A stretch of 63,852 nt of DNA, the filler included, from Aduncisulcus paluster (lineage: Eukaryota), in assembly GCA_024181965.1 (NCBI GenBank). It is 7 parts of 7 records of this genome, joined end to end, with 100 filler letters (N's around TTAATTAATTAA, not from the genome) between each part and the next. Parts side by side here need not be neighbours in the genome. Positions count along the whole stretch, not along the records: positions 38,047 to 54,846 come from BQXS01009695.1; positions 54,947 to 61,104 come from BQXS01009698.1; 5 more parts are not named here. One strand, written 5' to 3'. A model generated the notes under the pieces. It saw only the letters and a list, made by a program, of their open reading frames with translations. It did not search any database and was not told the DNA's origin. How positions within the stretch are numbered: position 1 is the stretch's first letter; every line of letters begins with the position of its first letter. Of the stretch, positions 45,401 through 57,630 are shown piece by piece. The position numbers and the translations under genes are program-made.

Positions 45401-48070
45401 AGCAACAAACGAACCATACGAACACTGACAACGTCCACAGCATAATGCAAAGCAGTGTAACCGTTGACAGGGTCTTGGAAGTTGATGAGCTCAACGGATA
45501 AAGGAATTGAGTTGTCTTCATGCACAGATGAATCACGGCTATATGATTTCTTCCTTCTCACTTCTTCTTCTTCCACCCTCTCAAGAAGACGACCAAGATC
45601 CTCAACGTTTCGTTCACGCACAGCTCTGTGCACTGCCAGCATCATTGACAAAGTTGAAGAAAATTGTCTAGTAGCAACAGGACCAGTCTCAGCGCCAGAA
45701 ACAGAACCAGAGGCATTCACACCAAAGAGGATGCCAGAGTCAAGCTCAGAATCAGGGTCTTCTTCTTCGCGTTGACTCAAAGACTCTTGGAGCAATCTAA
45801 TCTCTCTTTCTGTGAGTGTTTTACCAGCGGTCACACGATCGCCTAGCCATTCACAGACATCTCCACACAACGCTATACTCTTCTTCTTCGCACTCAGGAC
45901 AGACATCAAGACTTTCTTGCATACATTCATATGGTCTCTTTCTTCTTTCACACGCTCGAGTTCAAGTAAAAGGGACGTGTAAGACGATGAAGACACTCCA
46001 CGGGGCATGATATCAAGGTCAGATGTGGAAGATACGGATGAAGGACGGTACATTCCATGAGCTCCCATCATTGTGCTATGAGACGTGGAAGTTCCAGTGA
46101 CATCGTCATCCTCATCGCTGCTGACAATAACACGTCCACCGAGATCATCATCCATCTCTTCGGCAATTGTTGCGGTGACGAGGCTCTGCTTTCCACTCCT
46201 TGGAGGTCTCAAAGAAAGAGATATGGCTTCACTCTCTTTGCCAATACCCACAGCACGACGATTAATGGGGGTGGACGCCAATCCTTCACACAAACTGACA
46301 CTGGCACGTCTACGAGATACAATTGAGTTGAAACGCTGCGAAGACTGGTAAGGAGTGTGGATGTGAGTGTTGGGGTGAGATTGCTGGGCATATGACGGTG
46401 TGTTGGGCACAGAGTCGAAAGAGACACTGCGACCACCATGGGATGAAGCAAGAGCTCTCGAAGCAACCGAAGAAGAAGCGGAGGAAGCAGCACCAGCCGA
46501 GGAAGGTCTAGCAAACTTCATTCTATTTGATAAGCTTTCCTTTGTCTCTAACGAATCAAGAACCGACTTTAGTTCGACTTCAACATCAACCGGGAGGATG
46601 AACACCCCCTGATCAACAAGAGTGCGCATTCGTTTCAAGAAAGAGACGACTTTCGATATTCTATGCCTCGAGGAGTCAAGAAGCATTCGCATTTCACTTA
46701 CACTCAATTCTTTGTTGATTTCGGGTTTGTTTTTGATAGTTTTAGCACGGGCAGCGAACTTGAGTGTTGACAAAGTTTCAGTTGCATTGAAAGGAGAAGG
46801 AGAACATGCAACAATAACGACAGTCCTGCTATTTCCTCCAAGAGACTCCCTTAATACCCTTGTTAGCTTTGAATCTCTATATGGAATGTGTGAATGAGAC
46901 TGAAAGGCAGGCAAGCTCACAGATCCGGTTGAATCCCTGGTTCCCATTCCACTGGATAAACAATTCACAACATTCCCAAGAGTCAACAAACTCAAGTTAA
47001 TATTCTTTGCTTCTTCAAGCTGAAGACCCTCAGCCTCAGTTTTGCTGACCTTTTCACTTCCGGCGAGATCGACTAAATGAAGGCGGGAGCGAACGATGGT
47101 ATACGACGAGGAAACATTTTTTTGCTCAATTTCAAGCGTAAGGATAGCGTGGGAACGGGAAGAACGGTCGTTCATCTTGTTAGCAGCAGAAACACGTGCT
47201 GCACTTCCTACACGGAGAATTTTGATCACATCATGTTTAGAATGCACTTTATACTTACTAAGGCCACGGATATGGGTGTTTCCATGACGATCTTCATATA
47301 TTTTGATCTTTTTGGCAGAAGACATAGGACCCGGAGTGGAGGGAGCGAAAGGGTTGGATGAGGAGATAGGGAGACGGTGACCCCGTCTAATTTGCCGTTT
47401 TTTAGGTGAAGCGGTAAGTGAAAAGGATGAATCCAGAAGATCACGAATTTCTTCCATATAAATCTCATAGTACGAGACCTTCACAGACCAAATTGTATCT
47501 GAATGTCTAGATTCTAATTTTTCAAATAAATCATTGATTGTTCGGGGAATAATGCCCATATACGTTTCATCTCCAAGCAGAGGCCCCTCCATTGTATAAG
47601 TCTAACATTAGGGAAGATAAGAAGAATTCATGTTATAAACACCGAATATTTTAAATAAATATTTAAAATGAATTCAAGATTATTTTATCAAAAAGGAAAA
47701 ATAATAATAAGAAAGTCTAAAAAAACAGAAAATTGATAATCTCAATTAAATACGCAGAACATACCTTACCTGTTCCTGTTTGACCATAAGCAAAAATAGT
47801 ACCATTGTAGCCTCGTAAAGTATCATTAATTACAGGAAGAGCTACGTAGTTATACACATCATGTTGGGTAGAAGCTGGTCCAAAGACTCTATCGAAGGTA
47901 AATCTTGAGGTATGCGTTCCTTCCATTCCAGATTCAATTGTTTCATCATCTAATATGCTAACATAACTCTCTGATGGGTCTTTATGGTTTTCTTGAGCTT
48001 CTCTCCACTCCCGATCGCTAAATGGCCGTATTCTTGCAACAACTTTTACAGATGCAGGCTCTTTATCCAT
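42487..48070 (-). CDS. Kinesin (kinesin-1-like N-terminal motor) with ankyrin-repeat tail; exons 47765-48070 and 42487-47601
   Basis: VKVVARIRP, FTFDRVF, P-loop GQTGTGK/TYTMEG joined by a GTATGT..TAG intron (47602-47764), NDRSSRSH, LVDLAGSE, HIPYRDSKLTR; ankyrin GYTALHYAV and DKDGYTPLH. Confidence 0.92.
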
Positions 48071-48371
48071 CTGTAAAAAGGAATTATTCAATAATACAAA
48101 TGAAAATAGATTACAAACAGAGAAAAAAGGACCCGCAAAATCCCTGCCAACGAGCATCACAAAAAAACACGTGTGATATGTTCAATATATTCTATCTATA
48201 TATTATTTAGAGTTTACATCTATTAATCTTAATTTAAACCCAATACCGCTCTTTCAGGGACATTTGAATTTTTATGTAAAAAAGTAGGTCCACAGATGAT
48301 TGTAAAAGAATTTATTACATTAAATAGACCACAATCGAAGAAAAGGCATCCATGGTTGTGTACTCCTTGAG

Positions 48372-48467
48372 GAAATGGCGTTGGATAACTACAATTGAAA
48401 TTCCACATAAATGGTGCCAGAAATGACGTTGGATAACTACATTAGAAAATCCAGATAAACGGTGCCA
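48372..48467. repeat. Two tandem diverged 48-bp copies
   Basis: gaaatggcgttggataactacaattgaaattccacataaatggtgcca / gaaatgacgttggataactacattagaaaatccagataaacggtgcca. Confidence 0.9.
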
Positions 48468-48970
48468 GATCTCTCTTTTTTGAGCAGATGGATTCCTTAA
48501 ATTCACAAATGGTCTTCTTAGAAACAAATAAAAATTAATTTAAAATAATAATAAAAAAAAAATAAAAAATTAAGTTTTCTTCCCATTATCAGAAGAAATG
48601 AAAAAGTGTAAAATTAGAAATTAGGATCTATGCATTGCCGATGACATCTAAAACACATAATATAGGCAGAAATATTAATACTATTAAAATTAAATGGAAA
48701 TATGTAAAATAAAAAACGGCAGTTTTGTCAAAATAACAAGAAATAAAGATTTGTAAAGTAGTGTAAAAATATGAGATGTTAGTTAATATAATAACAATAA
48801 TAAATTTGAAGCAGAGTATTGATAGACTTCATTGAGTCTTCATTGGGATTTCCAAACAAAATAATAAATAAAAAAAACAAATCGAAAAGATCATAAAACA
48901 CATCAAGAACAGAACCTTTTCAAACACATAATGTTAATAATAATAATAAAAACACATTGAAATGACCTAT

Positions 48971-50916
48971 CTATCTATCCCTCTTTTTCTCTCCAGTGTC
49001 AAGGTCATCTTCAGATTCTCTACGCTTACCGCCCAAAACGATGCATTCATCCTTTCTCCTGGACCTTCTTTCCCTTGGCATGATCAAGTGCTCATTTATA
49101 GGTCCTCTAAGGGCAACTTCAAAGGTCATCAGAGAAGGATCTAAATCGTGGAGCGAAAAGCGAGTCTGTTTTCCATTTTCAACTGACATATAGACCATAG
49201 TTTTAGCTTTTTGGTAGACATCGAGGTACAAATTGATGAGAGCGTCTTTTGTAGTCTGTCTAGAATCAGTTCCCATTGGTGAGCACCTCAACGCATCATA
49301 GAATTCTTTCTCCTTCTTGTCAAAATCAACCATAAACTTGGTTTTTTCCCTGCCAAGTTTCTCAGAATCAGATACTGCAAGAAGATAAGCAAACCGAAGC
49401 CTCAGTTCAGAGAGAGGAGCATCAAGAATGTGCATTATTTCTCCATGATGAGTCGAGGATAGGGCCGAAAGAGCAACAGTTCTCATATCGTGGAGCTCGG
49501 AGTCTGGGGGAGTCGGCACAATGTCCCAGAAGATTTCTCTCATTGTTATTCCTTCCCGATTCTTACGAAGAATGCACTTCCACGGCTCAACGGTCTTGAG
49601 AAGTCTGGCCACAGACCTAAACAGGTTCTGATAGGCACTATGGCCCTTTGAGGAACATTTGGCACAAGAACAGCCAAACAAAAGAAGCCCAAAGGGTATT
49701 TTTCCCAGTGACCATTTCTTGTATCCAGTGCGAGTCACCTGGGAGAAAAGCATAGCTATTGAGTCATATACATCACAAATACGACAACAGCCAGGTAAAG
49801 CAGAGCATTTATCCTCCCAATACTTCCCGGTATACTCCGAAGCAAGTGTAGAATTCTTCTTTGGCCTTTTTGAACTCTTTTGACGTCCCCTTTTCTTAGC
49901 AGACTGGACGGTNNNNNNNNNNNNNNNNNNNNAGTGCGAGTCACCTGGGAGAAAAGCATAGCTATTGAGTCATATACATCACAAATACGACAACAGCCAG
50001 GTAAAGCAGAGCATTTATCCTCCCAATACTTCCCGGTATACTCCGAAGCAAGTGTAGAATTCTTCTTTGGCCTTTTTGAACTCTTTTGACGTCCCCTTTT
50101 CTTAGCAGACTGGACGGTTTCTTTCTTTGAGCCTTGAGCATCGTCAGGATAAGAAGAGGAACTTTTGTGACCATAAATAACTTTAGAATGCTCAAAAGAG
50201 TGAGAAAACTGATCATCTTTGATGGTTCGAGGGTCGGGGCATATCTTGTTCAATTCTTTGGGTATTTTGTCTCCCGATTCTATAAGTTCTTCTCTTCTTT
50301 CCTCACAAACTAGATGAGAGGCCGGAATATCCTCAGATAGATCAGATTTCTCCCGGATTTCAGACATTGTATCAAACCCTCCTTTCCATTGCCAAAATTC
50401 AACGATATTTTTGATATCTGACACCGATATCGTTGACGTAAGTTCCAAAGATGACAAAGAATCGATCAAACTGGTGTCCAACGTATCAGAGGACGAGAAA
50501 TATCTCTCAATTCCAAAATCTAACTGCGAGATTAACTCGAAGAGTTCATAATCAGAACGGAATCGTATGATGCATTGGATATATTCAAGTTGTAGGGCAG
50601 AAAGTTGATCCTTGAGAGCGTCAAAAATGTTGAACAATGTCTCTTGATAAGGGATCCCAGACAAGACTGGATCACTGCAGAAAAAAATTTTTTTGTCGGA
50701 GTCAGGGGGAAGCATTTTATATTTTATGAAACGAGAGACCAGAGACTCTTGGTCTTCGGGAGAGAAAAAGGATACGCCACCAGATTGAGATTTTAGGGAT
50801 AAGAAGAATGTCAAGATCACAACATTATTCTTAAGCTTCTTCCTAAAAAACCTGATAGCAATATTTGTCATGGATGGAGAATTCAAAAAAAAACTTTTTC
50901 CAATTCTCTCCTTCAT
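48971..50916 (-). CDS. Hypothetical ~580-aa protein with Cys/His cluster (start uncertain)
   Basis: Two ORFs fuse in frame when the 206-nt gap duplication is removed (49727-49912 repeated at 49933). Contains CCRIC and CSCAKC..H. Confidence 0.7.
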
Positions 50917-51476
50917 GGAACACAAAGTTTGTGACAGAGGAAAAGCCGAAAAAAAATACAGAAAAATATTGGCGATTTCTTCAAATATGGATATTTTATT
51001 TTAAAACTGGTGAAGTGGCGTATTTCGCCCGTTTCACACAAAAATTGGCTGGAGGTTAAGTGGTGACATTATTATAAGAAAAAATATTTAAAACACTCTT
51101 TAAGGGGAATATATTGATAAAAAATGAATAGAACACTGCAAAATAGGTATACAATATAAAAAAAAGTGAAAGCCTTTCACAATCTCTGAGAGATAATAAA
51201 ATTAGAAAAAAGAACAAATTATCAAGTTATGTTGAAAAAATCAAATGGAATAGACAAAATCGAACCGATTACACTCATCCTTAAAGTTAAAGAAGAACTT
51301 CTTCAATTGAAAAAAAAAAACGGATAAAATGAATGTAAATAGAAATATTAAGACAGAATCATGTGCAATTAACACATAAGAACCCATATAGAGCGATTTA
51401 AGACACCATTTCGTGAAAAAAAAAAAATAAAAATAAAAAGAGAAAATCGCAACATAAATTGCCACAAGCAAATCAA

Positions 51477-53270
51477 TCATGTTTGTGAAATGCAATAACA
51501 CATTCCATCGTCCCCTCTAGCGGAATCATCACGCCAAGAATCATGATTACACAGACAAGAATCAATATTTGCTGAGATTGCTATCCAGCCATCCTCAGAA
51601 TAGAAAGTTTCTTCTTCTTTCAGCAGACAGCCATTCATGTATTCAACGGGGAGATTATGATACCAAGCCCAATTGAATGCAAAGTAGTTACTAAAGAAAG
51701 GCTGGAGATATACTGAGCTTGTTATGGAAATAATTTCACTCCAAGAATCGAGATCTGAACTATTACTATATGTACTATACTCATTGGAAGAGTCCGAGTT
51801 ATATGCGATCGAAGTGACACCTTGAAACCCTTGGATGAGATTAATAAATGCATGGTCAGAAATGTACAACCCTTTGAACTCAAGAGTTGTCACAAACTCC
51901 TTGGTGAAAATATTATCACCAGAGTCAGGATCAACACCTCGGACACGCACGATAAGATCAGGATAAATCATCGTCAGACCATCAACATTGACAGTGGGAG
52001 CCTCAGGGAAGACAGGATCAAGATCAGGATCAGCAAAGCCCCAGTCAATCTCGAGATCACACCCATCACACTCAGATATCTCAGTGAGACCAAGGGAAGC
52101 ATAAGTGGATGATTCAAACAAGGGAGATAGATCACTAGGACCCATCGTAGAGCTGGTGCAGCCAGACCTAGCTGATACACACTCAAGCTTATTCTTGGTA
52201 CCCGTGAAGGATCCATTCGAATACCAGTGAGATCTTAAAGTAACAAGTTGGGTATACCATGAACTGTGGATGAGAATAGGAGAGAAAAAGAACGTGAAAT
52301 CAGTGTTGGCAAGGACTTCTGGAAACGTTGCATACCATGAAGGATCAGCTTCGGCCATAAAAGGATCAAGATTGGTATTAGGATCAATGTATTGGTTGTC
52401 AACAACAATTGTGTAGCCACAATAATATGGAAGCACGACGTATTCATCGGATATAACAATATTGGGTGCACCAGCTTGCTGATAATATATCTGAGAGCCC
52501 GAGTAACGCATATGGGGAGATTTGTCATGACCTAAAAGTTCTTCATTAATGTTGTCAACAGCTAACTGTGAGAAAAATGATACAAACCAAGGAATAAGAG
52601 TTGATCCAAGAAAATCAGTGAGACCTTCTATAATTGGATTGACATCACCGATAAATTCAATGTCAAAATATGGAATTTCTAACTTCAAAGAATCCAATTG
52701 TGGAAAGTCAATATATCCACAAGATTGACAAGTGTCATCATCATCTTCAGACGATTCAACACAACAAGATAAATCAGAAGAATCAGGCTTTGCAAAGAGA
52801 GATAAAGTAGTAAATGTAGATACACCTTCAAGAGAAATCCGAATCCCTCCACAATCAGAGTAAGGGTACGTTAATAGCTTAATTTCATAATCCGCAGATA
52901 TTACAAACCCAGCATCTTTCATGGTAACATCAACACTTTGCGATTTTAATAAACTAATGACGGTTTCACTATCATCAAAAAAAGTAAAAGACTCAATATC
53001 GAAATTTTTGAGCGACAAATCGCCCTTTACAATACCGACCGTAAAATCAAATGATGTATCAGGTATAACTGTTGAATATATATAAGAAACAACAGCAGGT
53101 TCCATACCCACTTCAATTAGATTATATAGACCAGATTTTGTTGGTACAAAATGGAAATCAGATTTGGGCAATGAAATCGTTGGAAAAGCGATTTGAAAAT
53201 GTGTGAAAAATGAGAAACAAAAGAAACAAAAAAGAATTGAGATGGGGAAAAAACTGAAAAAACCCGTCAT
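51477..53270 (-). CDS. Secreted BPI/LBP-like (TULIP) lipid-binding protein
   Basis: Hydrophobic signal peptide. TKSGLYNL..IPDTSFDF..GDLSLKNFDIESF resembles the LBP/BPI N-domain. Acidic, Cys-rich, ~600 aa. Confidence 0.6.
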   Translation of the reverse strand: MTGFFSFFPISILFCFFCFSFFTHFQIAFPTISLPKSDFHFVPTKSGLYNLIEVGMEPAVVSYIYSTVIPDTSFDFTVGIVKGDLSLKNFDIESFTFFDDSETVISLLKSQSVDVTMKDAGFVISADYEIKLLTYPYSDCGGIRISLEGVSTFTTLSLFAKPDSSDLSCCVESSEDDDDTCQSCGYIDFPQLDSLKLEIPYFDIEFIGDVNPIIEGLTDFLGSTLIPWFVSFFSQLAVDNINEELLGHDKSPHMRYSGSQIYYQQAGAPNIVISDEYVVLPYYCGYTIVVDNQYIDPNTNLDPFMAEADPSWYATFPEVLANTDFTFFFSPILIHSSWYTQLVTLRSHWYSNGSFTGTKNKLECVSARSGCTSSTMGPSDLSPLFESSTYASLGLTEISECDGCDLEIDWGFADPDLDPVFPEAPTVNVDGLTMIYPDLIVRVRGVDPDSGDNIFTKEFVTTLEFKGLYISDHAFINLIQGFQGVTSIAYNSDSSNEYSTYSNSSDLDSWSEIISITSSVYLQPFFSNYFAFNWAWYHNLPVEYMNGCLLKEEETFYSEDGWIAISANIDSCLCNHDSWRDDSARGDDGMCYCISQT

Positions 53271-53623
53271 AGTGGACTGCAAGCAAAATCAATGATTATT
53301 TTTAATCAGAGGATCAAAAATGATTTTTTCGTGCTATATCTGGACCGAACAGGTTAAAATAGGTTTCTTTAATATCATTCGCAAATTACTCATGACTTAT
53401 TATAATGTTTTTGTTGTTGTCGATTCGAAATATTGGAATCCATGACAAATTTTGCCCCACACATGTTGGAGCACATATTCATGTAAAAATGATTATTCAT
53501 TAAGAATTTAGCTAAAATTTGTTTATTATTTTGTTATTGTTGGATTTTGGCCCCTCTTCTCGTCACAATTGTGACATGAATTTTATTTTTTCCATGACTG
53601 GTTTCCACGATTTTGAAAAAAGA

Positions 53624-54846
53624 ATGTCGTTGAAGGCCCAATTTTATTTATTAACGCTTTCTGTTAAAGCAAAATGGTATCTCTTCTTGCTATTCATCTT
53701 TTTTCCTTCACTAATCACAATAATGCTTTATGTTGTAAATAACAATCTTTTGGTTCGTGTTACAAAGGAAACATCATCATTATCATCAATTCCAACTCTT
53801 TCAAAATGTGTTTCTTATGATACCAATGGAATTCCTATTGAATCTTCTCGAACATCAAATATTCTTCCCCTTGATTTGTCAGATCAAGACTACGATACAT
53901 CTGACTATGACAGCCCCGTTGAATATCCATCGACATATTCGCCATACTTATTTCAGGATGGAGATCCTTGTACTTGTATATCAATAGCGTATGCTCCGCA
54001 AAATCGACTTGTTGATGAAGTTATGGAGACAATTATTGAAGATCTTGGGGATGACTGGGTGATGAATGTTGATGTGGTGGGATTTGATAGTGAAGAAGAT
54101 ATGTTAAATCATGCCATCAAGGCCACTGCAAATTCAGGTGAGACTGGAGCACAGGCCAATAGCAAATATAAATATGCTTATCGTCAAGTTTATGATGAAG
54201 ATTATCTTGGTATCGAGGATAACATTCGGCCAATCGAATTTGGCTTGATTTTTGGATTTGATAATACATTTTATGCTGTTGGAGAAGAGGATGAATGGGG
54301 AACTGCAACTGAATTGGCATACCCGAGTACAATTGGATATAAAATATATTATAATAGGACCATTAGTGACAATGGATGGTGGTACGATAGTGGTAGGGAT
54401 CCTATCCAACAATCTGTGGCTTCTGAGGGAAAGAATGCAACAGGACTGGGTATTCAGGTTCAAAATCACGTTGAAAGGGCTCTTTTGAAGGTTTTTGCTA
54501 ATGTTGATATGGAATACAATCTCTCAGCTTTCCCTGAGGTGAATGATAACACGTTCACTTCTGACAAAGATATTAGCGTCATTGGAATGATTTTTACATT
54601 CTGTATAATGACTATTTTTAGTTCTGTTATCATTGTTGTTGAGAAACATAATAACAAATCCTTGTTATGTAGAATGGTTGGTGTGAGTGATATTTCTATG
54701 TGGTTTTCATGGAGTTTGTTTTACTTTTTGCTCTACGAATTGAGTGTCATATTTCTTGTAATCACAGGTACATACATAACTCCTATCTCTCCTTTCAGAG
54801 GCACTCATGTTCTATTCTCCCTTATTTTGATGTCATCGCTCGCGGT
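53624..54846 (+). CDS. ABCA-family transporter, N-terminal TMD/exodomain (3'-partial)
   Basis: QF..L before TM1, IAYAP, VVGFDSEEDM, QNHVERALL and IVVEKH..CRMVGV..WFSW, matching the ABCA pattern. Confidence 0.75.
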
Positions 54847-55666
54847 NNNNNNNNNNNNNNNNNNNNNNNNNNNNNNNNNNNNNNNNNNNNTTAATTAATT
54901 AANNNNNNNNNNNNNNNNNNNNNNNNNNNNNNNNNNNNNNNNNNNNTTATTTATTTTTTATATTATGCTGCTCCTCGTTCCCCCGATATGCCCCCCCCCT
55001 TAATCTGTCTTACAATGTAAAAAAAGGGGGGGACTCCAACGATTTTTCATTTTTTTTGTTTTTATTTTTCATTTTTCATTATTTAAGAAATTTTTATAGT
55101 AAAATAAAGGCAAATCTGTTTCAGTCATTTTATTTTTCTTTTTCCTGCTCGTAGAATGCATTAAATAGCATTTCAACATTAAATTTAAGAAAATAAGACA
55201 ATAAAATTTATTAGATACCCATTAAAACGTATTTTTAATTTTAAGTTGTAAAATATAGTTTTTAACAACTTAAAATACTATTTTTTACAACTGAAATAAA
55301 CTTGTAACCACTCCTTTATTTTCCTGTAATTCAAGATATTTTACAACTTAATTTATATTGAATTTCAACTGAATTCCCTATAAATCGATTCGTTGTGCTA
55401 ATATGTTTGTTGCTTTTTCTTTGTCTTTCAAATAAAAAACTTTTTTTTAAAAAGAAAATATGTCTTATTTTTGCCATATATTAACTTAATAATATTAAGC
55501 ATGTCTTGCTCAACAACCGGAGACCAGCTCAGGTCACAGAGTGTGGAATTACCAAATAACCCAATTTTATCCATTTTATTGAAAGTCTAAGACAAAAGGT
55601 TTTTATCTATTAAAATTAAAAATGGATCGATATTGTTCTCCAAAAATAGCCAGAAGAACCATTTTA

Positions 55667-57064
55667 TCAAAATCTAATCTGATACGACCCTGCCACAGAC
55701 TCATATTTTACAAACTTATTTGCAGTGTAATCACTCCTCTCATAAACTTCAAGATATTTCACCCTCAAACCAGTACACGTGAAGTATGGAACTCTAAATG
55801 TCATGGTAATTGGAGGTCTTCTTTCCCATCCGTCAATAAAATCAATGCTCTGCGAAGATGGTGATTTAATATATTTCTTTGAGTAGTCTGGACCAGAATG
55901 GCTTGCCAAATCTGACTTAACTCCAGCCATTGTACATGAAGATGGGACAAGATGGATGGTTGATCTGAGTGAATATGCATTCATACCGGGGAATTGACGG
56001 ATTCGCCATACAATTGCTGCCTTTCCCGGCTCATATTTTGCTTTTCCAGCAGTTCCATCGAGAAATACGTTAGCAGTGGTCTTTGGCACTGGTATAAAAA
56101 TAGTAACATTCTCAGCCGTGGAAATTCCTGGGAATAATGAACGTATGGTGAGTTTTATCTCTATCTTTGTTTTAGATTCAACAGCTATTATCGGAGTGAC
56201 CATAAAAGGAAGGGTGACTCCAAGAGATGTTCGGTAATGCATTAATTGGAATACTCCATCAGGTGGGACGAAAGAAATGGCTTGAGAACTAGATTTTTTG
56301 ACGTCAGATAATTTAACACATTGGTGGAATTGAACATCATCAAGGGCAATTTTTGTTGAATCTGGAGACGATTTAGAATAAAAACCATCGGATCTTGAAT
56401 CCAAAATACGCTCAGTCAAGGCAAATTTGCACTCTGGCATTCCAGAAAGATGGCATTTCACCTTAACATCACCAATAACGTCACTTCTTAAAATAGAACC
56501 AGTTGAACTCATTAATAAATTCACTTTTTCAATAATGGCCACAAAAATATCGTTTGATGAATAAGAAATACCAGGTCTTCGATGGGCAATGGCTCCAGTG
56601 GCTTGGATAGTTATCTGGATTTGCTCCCGTTTCGTCATTGATCTTTTATAACCTTTGTGAGTAATCAGAAGTTTTAATTCATCTGGTTGAGTGAGTTGTG
56701 GATAACCATAATCAAATGACTCATCTAACAGTTCTTGAATAAGAATTTGTTCACGTTGAATTTGATCTTGGGTAATTTTTGATTCGGAAAGATAATCCAA
56801 TAGTGTGGAAGAAAAAGAATGAAGAGAGGAAAACACAATCGCAGCATCGAAATCACCATCGCATACAGCAACAAAATAGATATCGTCAACTTGAATGTGA
56901 CAAAAAAATAGGCCATTAATTTCATTTATAGGATTCAATTGAATTTTGCCACTTACTAATTGAATTTTGAAAGACTCGCCTGCAGCTTTTGTTACTTGGT
57001 CTTTGAATGACCGCGAAAGCAGAATAGTTCCTTTCGGATTTAATATTAGAAATCCTTCTATCAT
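55667..57064 (-). CDS. AP2M1: Adaptor protein complex mu subunit, most like AP-2 mu
   Basis: MIEGFLILNPKG..LLSR, ELLDE.FDYGYPQ, ITIQATGAI.RR.GI.Y, CHLSGMPECK, DDVQFHQCV, SFVPPDG.F.LM.YR, IVWRI, GLRVKYL. Confidence 0.9.
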   Translation of the reverse strand: MIEGFLILNPKGTILLSRSFKDQVTKAAGESFKIQLVSGKIQLNPINEINGLFFCHIQVDDIYFVAVCDGDFDAAIVFSSLHSFSSTLLDYLSESKITQDQIQREQILIQELLDESFDYGYPQLTQPDELKLLITHKGYKRSMTKREQIQITIQATGAIAHRRPGISYSSNDIFVAIIEKVNLLMSSTGSILRSDVIGDVKVKCHLSGMPECKFALTERILDSRSDGFYSKSSPDSTKIALDDVQFHQCVKLSDVKKSSSQAISFVPPDGVFQLMHYRTSLGVTLPFMVTPIIAVESKTKIEIKLTIRSLFPGISTAENVTIFIPVPKTTANVFLDGTAGKAKYEPGKAAIVWRIRQFPGMNAYSLRSTIHLVPSSCTMAGVKSDLASHSGPDYSKKYIKSPSSQSIDFIDGWERRPPITMTFRVPYFTCTGLRVKYLEVYERSDYTANKFVKYESVAGSYQIRF

Positions 57065-57630
57065 ATAAATCGTGAGCGTGGCAAAATTGAAGCTGGACAT
57101 GTCAAGGAATTCTTGTCAATTTCTGAGAACTTCCTCATTAATAAGAGCATATATAACAAAATATTATTAAAAACTTCCATTTCAATAAGGAGAATAGCCA
57201 TATTAATTAAGAAACAGATGGATATCAAACGGATAATATGAGATATTAGAAGGCAGACAACAGAACAGTGGTATAAAGAAAAAATATAATATAAATAATC
57301 AAATTAAATTAAATGTACATTATATATTCTATTTTATATTGATTTTTATCGGATCGCTAGGTTATTCAAGCAAACTCGAGATTCATTTGGGTGAAAAATG
57401 AAAATGCGTTTTTTGAACCAATAACTTCTGGTAGATAGATATTATATTATCTTATTATTTTATTTTCAATTTTAGGTTACTTTTTTGTGGATTGTGTTTT
57501 AATAATTTTTGTATTGACTCTGCTAGTTGTCGTTTTCTCTCTCCACTCTAGGATTATTATAAGACAGAATCCAATCGATAAGATACATTTGTTATCTGAT
57601 TTAATTCATATATAAATTATAATTGAGACG

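Noticed and set aside
48372-48467. CRISPR-like array
   Set aside because: Only two abutting copies with no spacers, eukaryotic context and no cas genes.
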